DNA of 22,528 nt from Candidatus Eiseniibacteriota bacterium (lineage in GTDB: Bacteria; Eisenbacteria; RBG-16-71-46; DASYSL01). How positions within the stretch are numbered: the stretch's first letter is position 1; every line of letters starts with the position of its first letter. The stretch is from NCBI GenBank assembly GCA_046598045.1, contig JBKJJJ010000122.1, positions 1 through 22,528 of the forward strand. Reading direction: 5' to 3'. The notes under the pieces were generated by a model. That model saw nothing but the letters and a program-made list of their open reading frames with translations, was not told where the DNA came from and did no database searches. The translations under genes were made by a program, and so were the position numbers. Below are positions 1 through 6,974 of the stretch, piece after piece.

Positions 1-83
1 CTCGGTGCGCCAGGAGGTGGATGCGCTGACGGGGCTGCTCGTTCCCGTCTTCGTCAACCGGGACTACGCGTCGGCCCGCGGGT
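1..83 (+). repeat. Inverted, diverged copy of 171-253 (fragment of a homologous TonB-dependent receptor gene in the opposite orientation)
   Basis: 1-83 matches the reverse complement of 171-253 at 76/83 positions. The frame starting at base 2 reads SVRQEVDALTGLLVPVFVNRDYASARG versus SVRQEVDALTGLLVPVYVNRDYASARG. It runs off the window start, and the + frame stops at TAG 116-118. Confidence 0.95.
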
Positions 84-2244
84 CCGACGCCACGCCCGCC
101 GCGATCGAATACGTGTAGTTCAATTCGCCCGAGAAGCGGTGGCTGAAGCGCTTGACGATCGACGTCTCGAACCCGCGCGCCGAAGCGTAGTCCCGGTTGA
201 CGTACACCGGGACGAGGAGCCCCGTCAGCGCATCCACCTCCTGGCGCACCGAGATCAGCCCGAAGATGTCCTTGAAGAAGACCGCGAATTGCCCGGACAT
301 GTCGTTGCTGAACAGGTGCTGCACCGCGGCCTGGTAGCTGATGTTCGTCTCCGGGGAGAGGTCCGGGTTGCCGCGCACGGTCACCGTCGACTGCGATCCC
401 CGGTTCTCGAACACGTAATTGCGTTGCGGCGTCTGGTAGGTCCACCCGTAGTGGAAGCTCAGCGCATCGCGGTCGGAAATCGGGTACGCGATCCCGAGGC
501 GGGGTGACCACTGCGACTTGTAGCGTCCGTTCGGCAGGTCCGCGTTCGCGATCTGCGCACCGGGCGTGAACAGGTCGTAGCGCATGCCGGCGTTGAGCAC
601 GAGCCCCTCGAACTCCCAGCGGTCCTGCACGAACGCCGAGCCCTCTGGATTGTAGTTCGCGAAGTCCGTCCGGTTCAGGCCGGGGAGGCCCTGCGCCTCC
701 TGGTTCGGGAACTGCATCGAGAGCAGGTTGACCTCGTTGTAGACGCCCTCGATCCCCGCCTTCGCGGTGTGCCGCATCCAGTGCGTGGTCGTGTAGTCGG
801 CCTTCGCGGTCCAGGTGGTCGTGAGCTGCCGGCTGTAGGTCGGGAAGTCGCCGTGCGTCGCGAAGAACGGGTCGTCGTCGAGGTTCCCCGACCAGTAGAG
901 CGGAGAGCGCACGTCGTATTCCCACGGCTTCTTGCCGCCGACCGAACTGCTGGTTTCGAAGCGATGGCGCGAGAGGCGCGCGGTGTAGACGTCGTGCGCG
1001 GACAGCGAGTGCGTCCAGACCGCCTTGACCTGGCTGAACCGCGTGTCCGTCGTCGGGACGTGGTCCGCGAGGTTCTCGTACTGATAGGTCGAGTCCTCGG
1101 GGTAGAACGACCACCGCCCGTAAACGGGCGTGAGCCGCGCGTCCTCGCCCGCGCCGGTCGTGTCGTAGGTCACGGCGACGTAGCCCTGGCGGCTCCACAT
1201 GTGGTTGTACGGCGTCTGGGTCGAGCGGTTCCTGATCACCTCGACCGTGAGCTTCTCGCTCGGGCGCGGCCGGAACGCGAGCTTCGCGTTGGTGTCGATC
1301 TCGTTCGCCTGGCGATTGCCGACGCGGATGAAGTCGAGGAACGACGCCGTCTTCTGCGTCCGCCCCGCATGCAGATAGGTGTCGCTGAAGACGCCCTCGT
1401 AGGTCAGGAAGTAGGTCAGGTTCCTGATCGGAGTCGGTCCGCCGACGCCCACGGTGTAGCGGTCGTAGTTGTCGAACGTCTTCCCCGACTCGCCATAGCG
1501 GTCGGTATGCCACTGGACGTCACCGTCGAGGTGCTCGCCGCCCTCGCGCGTCGTGATGTTGACCACGCCCGAGAGCGCCCCGCCGCTCTCGGCGTCGAGC
1601 CCGCCGGTCTTCACGTCCACACCCTGCACGGCGCCCGTGGCGATCGAAGGCGCCGAGTGGAACAGCGGATCCACCACGGGGATGCCGTCGAACGTCGTGA
1701 GCAACTCGTCACCGCGGCCGCCGCGAATATGCGCCACGCCGGCCTGGACCACGACGCCGGTCACCAGCTGGATCACCTCTTGCACGCTGCCCAGATGGAG
1801 GTCGGTCATCTTGCCGCGATCGGTGTAGGTGTGCCACTCCGTCGACTTGAGGTCGGTCTTCTTGGCGATCACGTCCACGGTCGGCAGGCTACTGACGGCG
1901 CGGTTGCTCACCCCGAGATGGAGCGTCAGCGACTGGTTCAAGCCGGCGTTCACGGCAACGACGATCCGGATCGGCTCCGCACCCATGACCATCGCGCGCA
2001 GGGTTCGATTGCCCACCGGCACATTGTGAATCGTGAACACGCCGTCCTCGTCCACGGCATCGCCGAGCATGGTCCCCAGCACGACGACGTTCGCGCCGAT
2101 GGCGGGTTCCTTGCCCTGCAGCACGCGGCCGGTGACGGTTCCGGTCTGGGCGGCGGCGCTTCCCGGGGCGCCTCCCCCGAGGACGAACAGCGAGCAAATG
2201 ACGAGGGCGATCGAACGCCCGGACTGCGACCAGCGGCGGGTCAT
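64..2244 (-). CDS. TonB-dependent receptor (signal peptide, carboxypeptidase-regulatory-like domain, plug, beta-barrel), 3'-truncated
   Basis: N-terminal signal peptide; TGTVTGRV..GANVVVLGT..GVFTIHNVPVG; plug HIRGGR..DGIPVVDP..GGLDAESGGALSGVVNITTREG; barrel motifs FVQDRWE, LNAGMRYD, SPRLGIAYPI, GNPDLSPE, NRDYASARGFE. SD GGAGAGG upstream. The native sequence appears to end at ..GVASDP (about base 79); the final RADA* is read from the inverted fragment, and there is no terminal aromatic beta-signal. Confidence 0.9.
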   Translation of the reverse strand: MTRRWSQSGRSIALVICSLFVLGGGAPGSAAAQTGTVTGRVLQGKEPAIGANVVVLGTMLGDAVDEDGVFTIHNVPVGNRTLRAMVMGAEPIRIVVAVNAGLNQSLTLHLGVSNRAVSSLPTVDVIAKKTDLKSTEWHTYTDRGKMTDLHLGSVQEVIQLVTGVVVQAGVAHIRGGRGDELLTTFDGIPVVDPLFHSAPSIATGAVQGVDVKTGGLDAESGGALSGVVNITTREGGEHLDGDVQWHTDRYGESGKTFDNYDRYTVGVGGPTPIRNLTYFLTYEGVFSDTYLHAGRTQKTASFLDFIRVGNRQANEIDTNAKLAFRPRPSEKLTVEVIRNRSTQTPYNHMWSRQGYVAVTYDTTGAGEDARLTPVYGRWSFYPEDSTYQYENLADHVPTTDTRFSQVKAVWTHSLSAHDVYTARLSRHRFETSSSVGGKKPWEYDVRSPLYWSGNLDDDPFFATHGDFPTYSRQLTTTWTAKADYTTTHWMRHTAKAGIEGVYNEVNLLSMQFPNQEAQGLPGLNRTDFANYNPEGSAFVQDRWEFEGLVLNAGMRYDLFTPGAQIANADLPNGRYKSQWSPRLGIAYPISDRDALSFHYGWTYQTPQRNYVFENRGSQSTVTVRGNPDLSPETNISYQAAVQHLFSNDMSGQFAVFFKDIFGLISVRQEVDALTGLLVPVYVNRDYASARGFETSIVKRFSHRFSGELNYTYSIAAGVASDPRADA

Positions 2245-2254
2245 GGCCTTGCCT

Positions 2255-2286
2255 CTCCGGGGGGAGTGCCAGGTTGTCCCCCGGAG
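2255..2286 (-). promoter_or_regulatory. Hairpin overlapping the Shine-Dalgarno sequence of the TonB receptor gene
   Basis: Minus strand CTCCGGGGGA-caacctggcac-TCCCCCCGGAG; the 3' arm includes the GGAG of SD GGAGAGG. Confidence 0.5.
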
Positions 2287-2312
2287 GCGCGGGGCGCCGG
2301 GACCGGGGCGTG

Positions 2313-2352
2313 AAAAAAAGGGAGGACGCGTCGCCCCACGGCGCGTCCCCCC
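2313..2352 (-). terminator. Intrinsic terminator-like hairpin in the leader of the TonB receptor gene
   Basis: Minus strand GGGGGGACGCGCCG-tgggg-CGACGCGTCCTCCC (14-bp stem, one G-U, one mismatch) followed directly by T7 (A7 at 2313-2319). Confidence 0.7.
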
Positions 2353-2354
2353 TG

Positions 2355-2393
2355 AAAAAAATTCAAGGGCGACGGCCTGTGAGGCCGTCGCCC
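2355..2393 (-). terminator. Second leader hairpin with U-rich tail
   Basis: Perfect 12-bp stem GGGCGACGGCCT / AGGCCGTCGCCC (2367-2378 / 2382-2393), followed on the minus strand by TTGAATTTTTTT. Confidence 0.55.
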
Positions 2394-2640
2394 GGTCGGA
2401 AAGAAGCTTGGACGCGCAACCCGGTTGCTGGCAACAAGAATCTTCAAGGAATCGTCAACCATCGACTTTTTGCGACGCCCGCGCCGCAGTCCCACCGGGT
2501 GCGGTGTAGCATGATCTGCGGGTTGGCGTGGCCCGAGATCCGACTCCGGACTCCGCCCGATCAGCGCCCCCAAGGCGCCCGGCGGCCCGTCCCCTCCACC
2601 CTCCCCGGCCCGACCGGGATTCCAACCAAGGACATACCTC

Positions 2641-3507
2641 ATGAAGAAGCCGGTGCAGATCGCTCTGATTGCGGCCGTCGTGCTGTTCGCCGGAGCCTCG
2701 GCGGTCCTGTTCACGCAGAACCAGAAGGCCAACCAGCAACTCTCGAGCACGAAGCTCTCCGAGCAGGACGTGCAGGACCGATACGGCAAGACGATCGAGG
2801 CAATCGCCGAAATCCAGGACAGCCTGAATGCGATCGGCCCCGAAGGCTCGCCGGTGTTCGGCGGGCAGGCGGCGGCCGAGCGCAATCTCAACGGCCCGAA
2901 CCGCCAGGAGGCGCTCGAGCGCATCTCCCTCCTGCGCACGAGCATCGCGCAGAACAAGGAGCGCATCCAGACGCTCGAGTCGAATCTCAAGAAGAGCGGC
3001 GTCAAGGTCACCGGCCTCGAGCGCCTGATCGGCAACCTCAAGAGGTCGGTGGTCGAGAAGGAAGCGATGGTCGCCCAGCTCTCCTCGCAGGTGGACTCGC
3101 TCCACACGCAGGTCAACGGGCTGGTCGCCACCGTCTCGGCGCGCGAGGACACGCTGCGCACGCGCGATCTGCAGGTCGAGGAGAAGCGGCGCGAGGCCGC
3201 GACCGTGTACTACGCGATCGGCAGCAAGAAGGAACTCGCGCAGTCGGGCGTGATCAAGGCCTCGGGCGGCGTGCTCGGCATCGGCAAGACGCTCCTGCCG
3301 ACAGGCGCCCAGAACGAGACTGCATTCGTCTCCATGGACACCGACGAGCAGACGGTGATCGTGACCTCCTCGCCGAAGGCGCGCGTGTTGAGCGCCCAGC
3401 CGGCATCGAGCTACCAACTGCTGCTGGTCGACGGGCACATGGAGCTGCACATCCTGAGCCCCGCGGAATTCCGCAAGGTCAAGCAGGTCGTGATCCTGAC
3501 CTCGTAG
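2641..3507 (+). CDS. Membrane-anchored coiled-coil protein, Cbp1-family-like
   Basis: N-terminal TM/signal anchor, long heptad region, C-terminal domain VYYAIGSKKEL..GVI..GG..KARVLSAQPASSYQL..LHILSPAEF..VVI resembling Bacteroidota Cbp1-family proteins. SD AAGGA upstream; strongly GC3-biased codons. Confidence 0.75.
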   Translation: MKKPVQIALIAAVVLFAGASAVLFTQNQKANQQLSSTKLSEQDVQDRYGKTIEAIAEIQDSLNAIGPEGSPVFGGQAAAERNLNGPNRQEALERISLLRTSIAQNKERIQTLESNLKKSGVKVTGLERLIGNLKRSVVEKEAMVAQLSSQVDSLHTQVNGLVATVSAREDTLRTRDLQVEEKRREAATVYYAIGSKKELAQSGVIKASGGVLGIGKTLLPTGAQNETAFVSMDTDEQTVIVTSSPKARVLSAQPASSYQLLLVDGHMELHILSPAEFRKVKQVVILTS

Positions 3508-3531
3508 GCCCATCCAGGCACGCGGACAATT

Positions 3532-3562
3532 CGGGGCCCGTGGCACTTCGCCGCGGGCCCCG
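3532..3562 (+). terminator. GC-rich hairpin downstream of the 2641-3507 gene, possible terminator
   Basis: CGGGGCCCGTGGC-acttc-GCCGCGGGCCCCG, 13-bp stem with one G-U; only a weak U-tract (gttcattc). Confidence 0.45.
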
Positions 3563-3621
3563 GTTCATTCCGGTGTAACATTCCGTTCTGCGCCTCACCC
3601 CACCCGACCAAGGAGAGCACC

Positions 3622-4509
3622 ATGGAAACTGGAAAGAACCTGATCCTGATCACCGGCGCGACCGGGCACCAGGGCGGCGCCGTCGCCCACGAGTTGCTGG
3701 CGAAGGGCCACAAGGTCCGCGCGCTCACCCGCCATCCCGAAGGCCCGGCGGCGCAGGCACTCGCGAAGCGCGGCGCGGAGATCGCGCAGGGCGATCTCGA
3801 CGACGCGGCCTCGATCGAGCGCGCGCTCGCGGGCGCGTGGGGCGTGTTCTCGGTCCAGAACACGTGGGAGGCGGGCGTCGAACAGGAAGAGGTCCAGGGC
3901 AAGGGCCTCGCCGAGATCGCGCGGCGTACGGGCGTCCAGCACTTCGTGTACACATCCGTCAGCTCGGCGCAGCACAAGACCGGCATCCCGCACTTCGAGA
4001 ACAAGGGGCGGATCGAGGAGACGATCCGGAGCCTCGGCTTCCCCTCCTACACGATCATTCGACCGGTGTTCTTCATGGAGAACTTTGCGGGACCGTTCTT
4101 CCTGCCGGCGATCCAGCAGGGACACCTCGCGGTCGCGCTCGAGCCCACGACGCCGCTGCAGATGATCGCGGTCGCCGATATCGGCAAGCATGGCGCGCGC
4201 GCGTTCGAACAGCACGCCCAGCTCAATGGCCAGGCGATCGACCTTGCGGGCGACGGGCTCACGATGCCCGAGGTGGCGAAGCTCCTGAGCGCGGCTGCCG
4301 GCCGGGAGATCGACTTCGTGCGCGTGCCGATCGAGGACGTTCGCGCGTTCAGCGCCGACTACGCACTCATGCTCGAGTGGTTCGACCGCGTGGGCTACAG
4401 CGTGGAGATCGCGGGGCTGGCGAAGCAGAGTGGGATCGTCCCGACGCCGTTCGCCGCCTGGGCGCGCGGCGTGAAGTGGTCCGCGGAGGCGGCCCCTTCG
4501 AACGCCTAG
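3622..4509 (+). CDS. NmrA/HSCARG family NAD(P)-binding protein (atypical SDR)
   Basis: ILITGATGHQGGAVA Rossmann motif, GDLDD, HFVYTSV, IPHFENK, IRPVFFMEN, IAVADIG. SD AAGGAG. Confidence 0.93.
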   Translation: METGKNLILITGATGHQGGAVAHELLAKGHKVRALTRHPEGPAAQALAKRGAEIAQGDLDDAASIERALAGAWGVFSVQNTWEAGVEQEEVQGKGLAEIARRTGVQHFVYTSVSSAQHKTGIPHFENKGRIEETIRSLGFPSYTIIRPVFFMENFAGPFFLPAIQQGHLAVALEPTTPLQMIAVADIGKHGARAFEQHAQLNGQAIDLAGDGLTMPEVAKLLSAAAGREIDFVRVPIEDVRAFSADYALMLEWFDRVGYSVEIAGLAKQSGIVPTPFAAWARGVKWSAEAAPSNA

Positions 4510-5126
4510 TACCGAAAGTTGACGGTCACCCGCCCGCGCGGCGGTAGATCGATGCGCCGGGTCTGGCTTCCCAGCAAGGGGTGCCAGGCCCGCACGGTAT
4601 AGGGGCCCGGGGTGAGCCCGGCGAGCAGGTACGTGCCATTCGCCTGCGGCCGTGTCGAGGAGCGCCTCGGCGCCACGACAATGTGGGCCACCTCGCGCGG
4701 GTGGAGCTCGCAGTAGACCTCGACCACGCCCGCGCGCTCGAAGTGCACGGCTCGCGCGTACCCGGGCGCGATGCTGCCCAGGTCGAAACGATTCCCGGCC
4801 GATCGGCTGAACATGTTGTGGTAGAGCACGTCCCGGTTCGTGAAGCGCACGGTCGTGCCGGGCTCGATCAGCAGCGTGTTCGGGGCGAATTGGCCTGCCG
4901 TGACCGTGATCTCCGCCTGGCCCCTCCCGAGCGGAGTCTCCCGGACATCGATCGGCGTGGCGACGATCACCGCGTCGCTCGACGATCCCGCCTTGCGATC
5001 GGACACCGTGACCCGGCCCTGCACGCTGCCCGTGGTGGCGCAGCCGGCGAGCATCGCCGCCACGCCGAGCGCGAGCCATGCCCCGGCGCGGATTCGCTTC
5101 GTTCCCTGCAGCCGAGACTTCTTCAT
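4506..5126 (-). CDS. Lipoprotein with cupredoxin domain and C-terminal carboxypeptidase-regulatory-like domain
   Basis: Start re-called at ATG 5126 (SD GGGAGGT). Basic N-region, hydrophobic core and lipobox LAGC; FAPNTLLIEPGTTVRFTNRD..HNMFS..YCELHP; GTYLLAGLTPGPYTVRAWHP. Its stop overlaps the NmrA stop (CTAG 4506-4509). Confidence 0.85.
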   Translation of the reverse strand: MKKSRLQGTKRIRAGAWLALGVAAMLAGCATTGSVQGRVTVSDRKAGSSSDAVIVATPIDVRETPLGRGQAEITVTAGQFAPNTLLIEPGTTVRFTNRDVLYHNMFSRSAGNRFDLGSIAPGYARAVHFERAGVVEVYCELHPREVAHIVVAPRRSSTRPQANGTYLLAGLTPGPYTVRAWHPLLGSQTRRIDLPPRGRVTVNFRY

Positions 5127-5146
5127 CCGCGACCTCCCGGCGCCGA

Positions 5147-5929
5147 TTATCCGCGCGGTCCCGCGGATTTGCCAGCCGGAACCTCCGGAGTCCGGGGCGT
5201 GAACTCGCCCAGCCACCCCCACGCCCGCGGCTCCCGCCGCGCGTGCAGGCCGAAGGGCGCGATCGCCTTGGTCTCGAGGTAGCGCATGGCCTCGTCGAGG
5301 TCGTCGGTCACCAGCATGAGCCCGAGGTCGGCGCGCGCGATCGAGCCCTCGACGCACATCCGTTCGAGCATCGCGACCAGGGGCTGCCAGTACTCGGTCC
5401 CGATCAGGATCACGGGGAAGTGCGCGATCTTGCCGGTCTGGATGAGCGTCAGGGCCTCGAACAGCTCGTCCATCGTGCCCATGCCGCCCGGCAAGGCGAC
5501 GAACGCGTACGAGTACTTGAACAGCATGACCTTGCGCACGAAGAAATACTCGCAGGTGACGCTGCGGTCGAGGTACGCGTTCGGGTCCTGCTCCGAGGAG
5601 AGCTTGATGTTGCAGCCGACCGAGCGGCCGCCGACGTCCTTTGCTCCGCGGTTCGCGGCCTCCATGATCCCCGGTCCCCCGCCGGTCATCACCGTGAACC
5701 CGAGCCCGACCAGTCGCCGCCCCACCTCGCGCGCGATCGCGTAGTACGGGTGGTCCTCGCGGAAGCGCGCGGAGCCGAACACGGTCACGCACGGACCGAC
5801 GAAGTGCAGCGCGCGAAAGCCGCGGATGAAGTCCATCAGCGCACCGAGTACGAGGCGGAGCTCCTCGAGCCGCGAGTGCGGACCCTCGAGCAGGATGCGG
5901 TCAGCGCGCGGGGAATCGGGTTGGGTCAT
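5147..5929 (-). CDS. LOG family (TIGR00730-type) nucleotide 5'-monophosphate phosphoribohydrolase
   Basis: VTVFGSAR, TGGGPGIMEAANRGA, YFFVRKVM, and the PGGxGTxDE signature (PGGMGTMDE). Confidence 0.95.
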   Translation of the reverse strand: MTQPDSPRADRILLEGPHSRLEELRLVLGALMDFIRGFRALHFVGPCVTVFGSARFREDHPYYAIAREVGRRLVGLGFTVMTGGGPGIMEAANRGAKDVGGRSVGCNIKLSSEQDPNAYLDRSVTCEYFFVRKVMLFKYSYAFVALPGGMGTMDELFEALTLIQTGKIAHFPVILIGTEYWQPLVAMLERMCVEGSIARADLGLMLVTDDLDEAMRYLETKAIAPFGLHARREPRAWGWLGEFTPRTPEVPAGKSAGPRG

Positions 5930-6045
5930 AGGGCAGGAGCCAGGCGGTCGGGCATCGGGTCTCTCCTTTCACGGGGGCACGGGCGCGTCAGTATCGCCGA
6001 TCGCCGGGTCGGACGGCCACAGACGGTCCCGTTCCGTGCCCAGGT

Positions 6046-6098
6046 ATGACAAGCGCACTTGACAAGCCACACTTCCGTATGGCAAGTTGGCTTGTCAT
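6046..6098. promoter_or_regulatory. Two palindromic operator-like sites overlapping a TTGACA -35 hexamer and the XRE start codon
   Basis: ATGACAAG-cgca-CTTGACAA (6046-6065) and ATGGCAAG-ttgg-CTTGTCAT (6079-6098), consensus ATGACAAG-N4-CTTGTCAT, 33 bp apart. TTGACA at 6059-6064; no clear -10 at canonical spacing. Confidence 0.75.
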
Positions 6099-6309
6099 GT
6101 CGACCACCGTCCGAAACCGGGTCAGGGAACTCCGCAGCGCGCGCGGCTGGACGCAACAGCAGCTCGCGGACGCGGCGGGCGTCTCGCGCCAGAGCATCAA
6201 TTCGATCGAGTGCGACCGCTACGTCCCGAGCCTGCCACTCGCGCTGAAGTTCGCGCGCGTGTTCGCCTGCTCCACCGACAAGCTGTTTCAACTGGGGGAC
6301 GAATCATGA
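6097..6309 (+). CDS. XRE-family helix-turn-helix transcriptional regulator
   Basis: MSTTVRNRVRELR..WTQQQLADAAGVSRQSINSIE..Y.PSLPLALKFARVF is a classic 70-aa Cro/C1-type HTH. Start re-called at ATG 6097; no SD, possibly leaderless. Confidence 0.92.
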   Translation: MSTTVRNRVRELRSARGWTQQQLADAAGVSRQSINSIECDRYVPSLPLALKFARVFACSTDKLFQLGDES

Positions 6310-6521
6310 GCCTGCTGCCGCGGGTCGTGGACGAGCGCTTTCTCGAACACCGGCGGCGCTCGACCAGCATCGCCGGCATCGTGGGCGGTTGCGTCGCGGT
6401 CGCGCTCTTCCTGTACCACGACGTCGTTGATCATGTCTGGAATTGGGAACTGCTCGCCGTCGCCATCTCGATTGCCGCCGTCAAGCTCGCCTTGATGGCC
6501 TGGTACACGTGGAAGGACTGA
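6306..6521 (+). CDS. Small two-TM membrane protein (71 aa), DUF2178-like
   Basis: ATGA overlap with the XRE stop and GGGGGA SD upstream. MSLLPRVVDERFLEHRRRS carries a DER motif followed by two hydrophobic helices. Confidence 0.75.
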   Translation: MSLLPRVVDERFLEHRRRSTSIAGIVGGCVAVALFLYHDVVDHVWNWELLAVAISIAAVKLALMAWYTWKD

Positions 6522-6541
6522 ACCGTGAAGGAGATCCGAAC

Positions 6542-6757
6542 ATGTCCCTGCGCCAGTCGCTGAAGCATCCCATTGCCCAGATGCGCCTCGGCCTCCTGTG
6601 CCTGCTCGCCGCTTCGCTCGTCCGATGGTTCGCCCGTCCGACTCACCCGATGTCGGCCGACTTGAAGGACGGCGCCCTGGGCATCCTCTACGGCATGGCC
6701 ATCGGGATGATGCTCCTGAGCGTATATCGGAGGAGCCGCGGGAACAGCTCCGTCTAG
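6542..6757 (+). CDS. Small two-TM membrane protein (71 aa), unknown function
   Basis: SD AAGGAG then ATG 6542. Hydrophobic segments LGLLCLLAASLVRWF and GALGILYGMAIGMMLLSVY, followed by a basic tail (RRSR). Confidence 0.75.
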   Translation: MSLRQSLKHPIAQMRLGLLCLLAASLVRWFARPTHPMSADLKDGALGILYGMAIGMMLLSVYRRSRGNSSV

Positions 6758-6974
6758 GCCTCGGGGTGACGAAGTGTTGCCGCGCGCGTAACCCCTTGTG
6801 CCGTCGGGGATGCCCGGCGGAAGCTTCCCGCGGGGGCCCGGGAGGAGTAGTCTGCCGGCGGTGGCTTGCGTCCAGGGCCTCCATTTGCGCAACCTCATCA
6901 CAGGATCCCGGCCGGAAGCATCGCCGCGAAGGACCTTTGCATCTCGCCCTCCCTCCACTCGAGGAGTTCCACCC

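Noticed and set aside
1..253. Diverged repeat pair as a diversity-generating retroelement TR/VR
   Set aside because: Mismatches are mostly synonymous and only one of seven involves an adenine on the coding strand; no reverse transcriptase is present.
139..2313. Long + strand ORFs antisense to the TonB receptor (139-507, 769-2313 and others)
   Set aside because: Shadow ORFs caused by high GC3 codon bias; Arg/Ala/Gly-rich with no motifs.
2245..2640. Cobalamin or TPP riboswitch ahead of the TonB receptor
   Set aside because: No B12-box or TPP consensus is recognisable by eye; kept only as an unassigned structured leader.
5127..5792. N-terminal extension of the 428-aa ORF (4506-5792) as a LOG-cupredoxin fusion or frameshift
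   Set aside because: The extension overlaps the intact LOG gene in another frame, and the cupredoxin has its own SD and lipoprotein signal at 5126.
6046..6098. Repeated GACAAG/CTTGTC units as a CRISPR or transposon end
   Set aside because: Only two short dyads, with no spacers, cas genes or transposase; better explained as operators.
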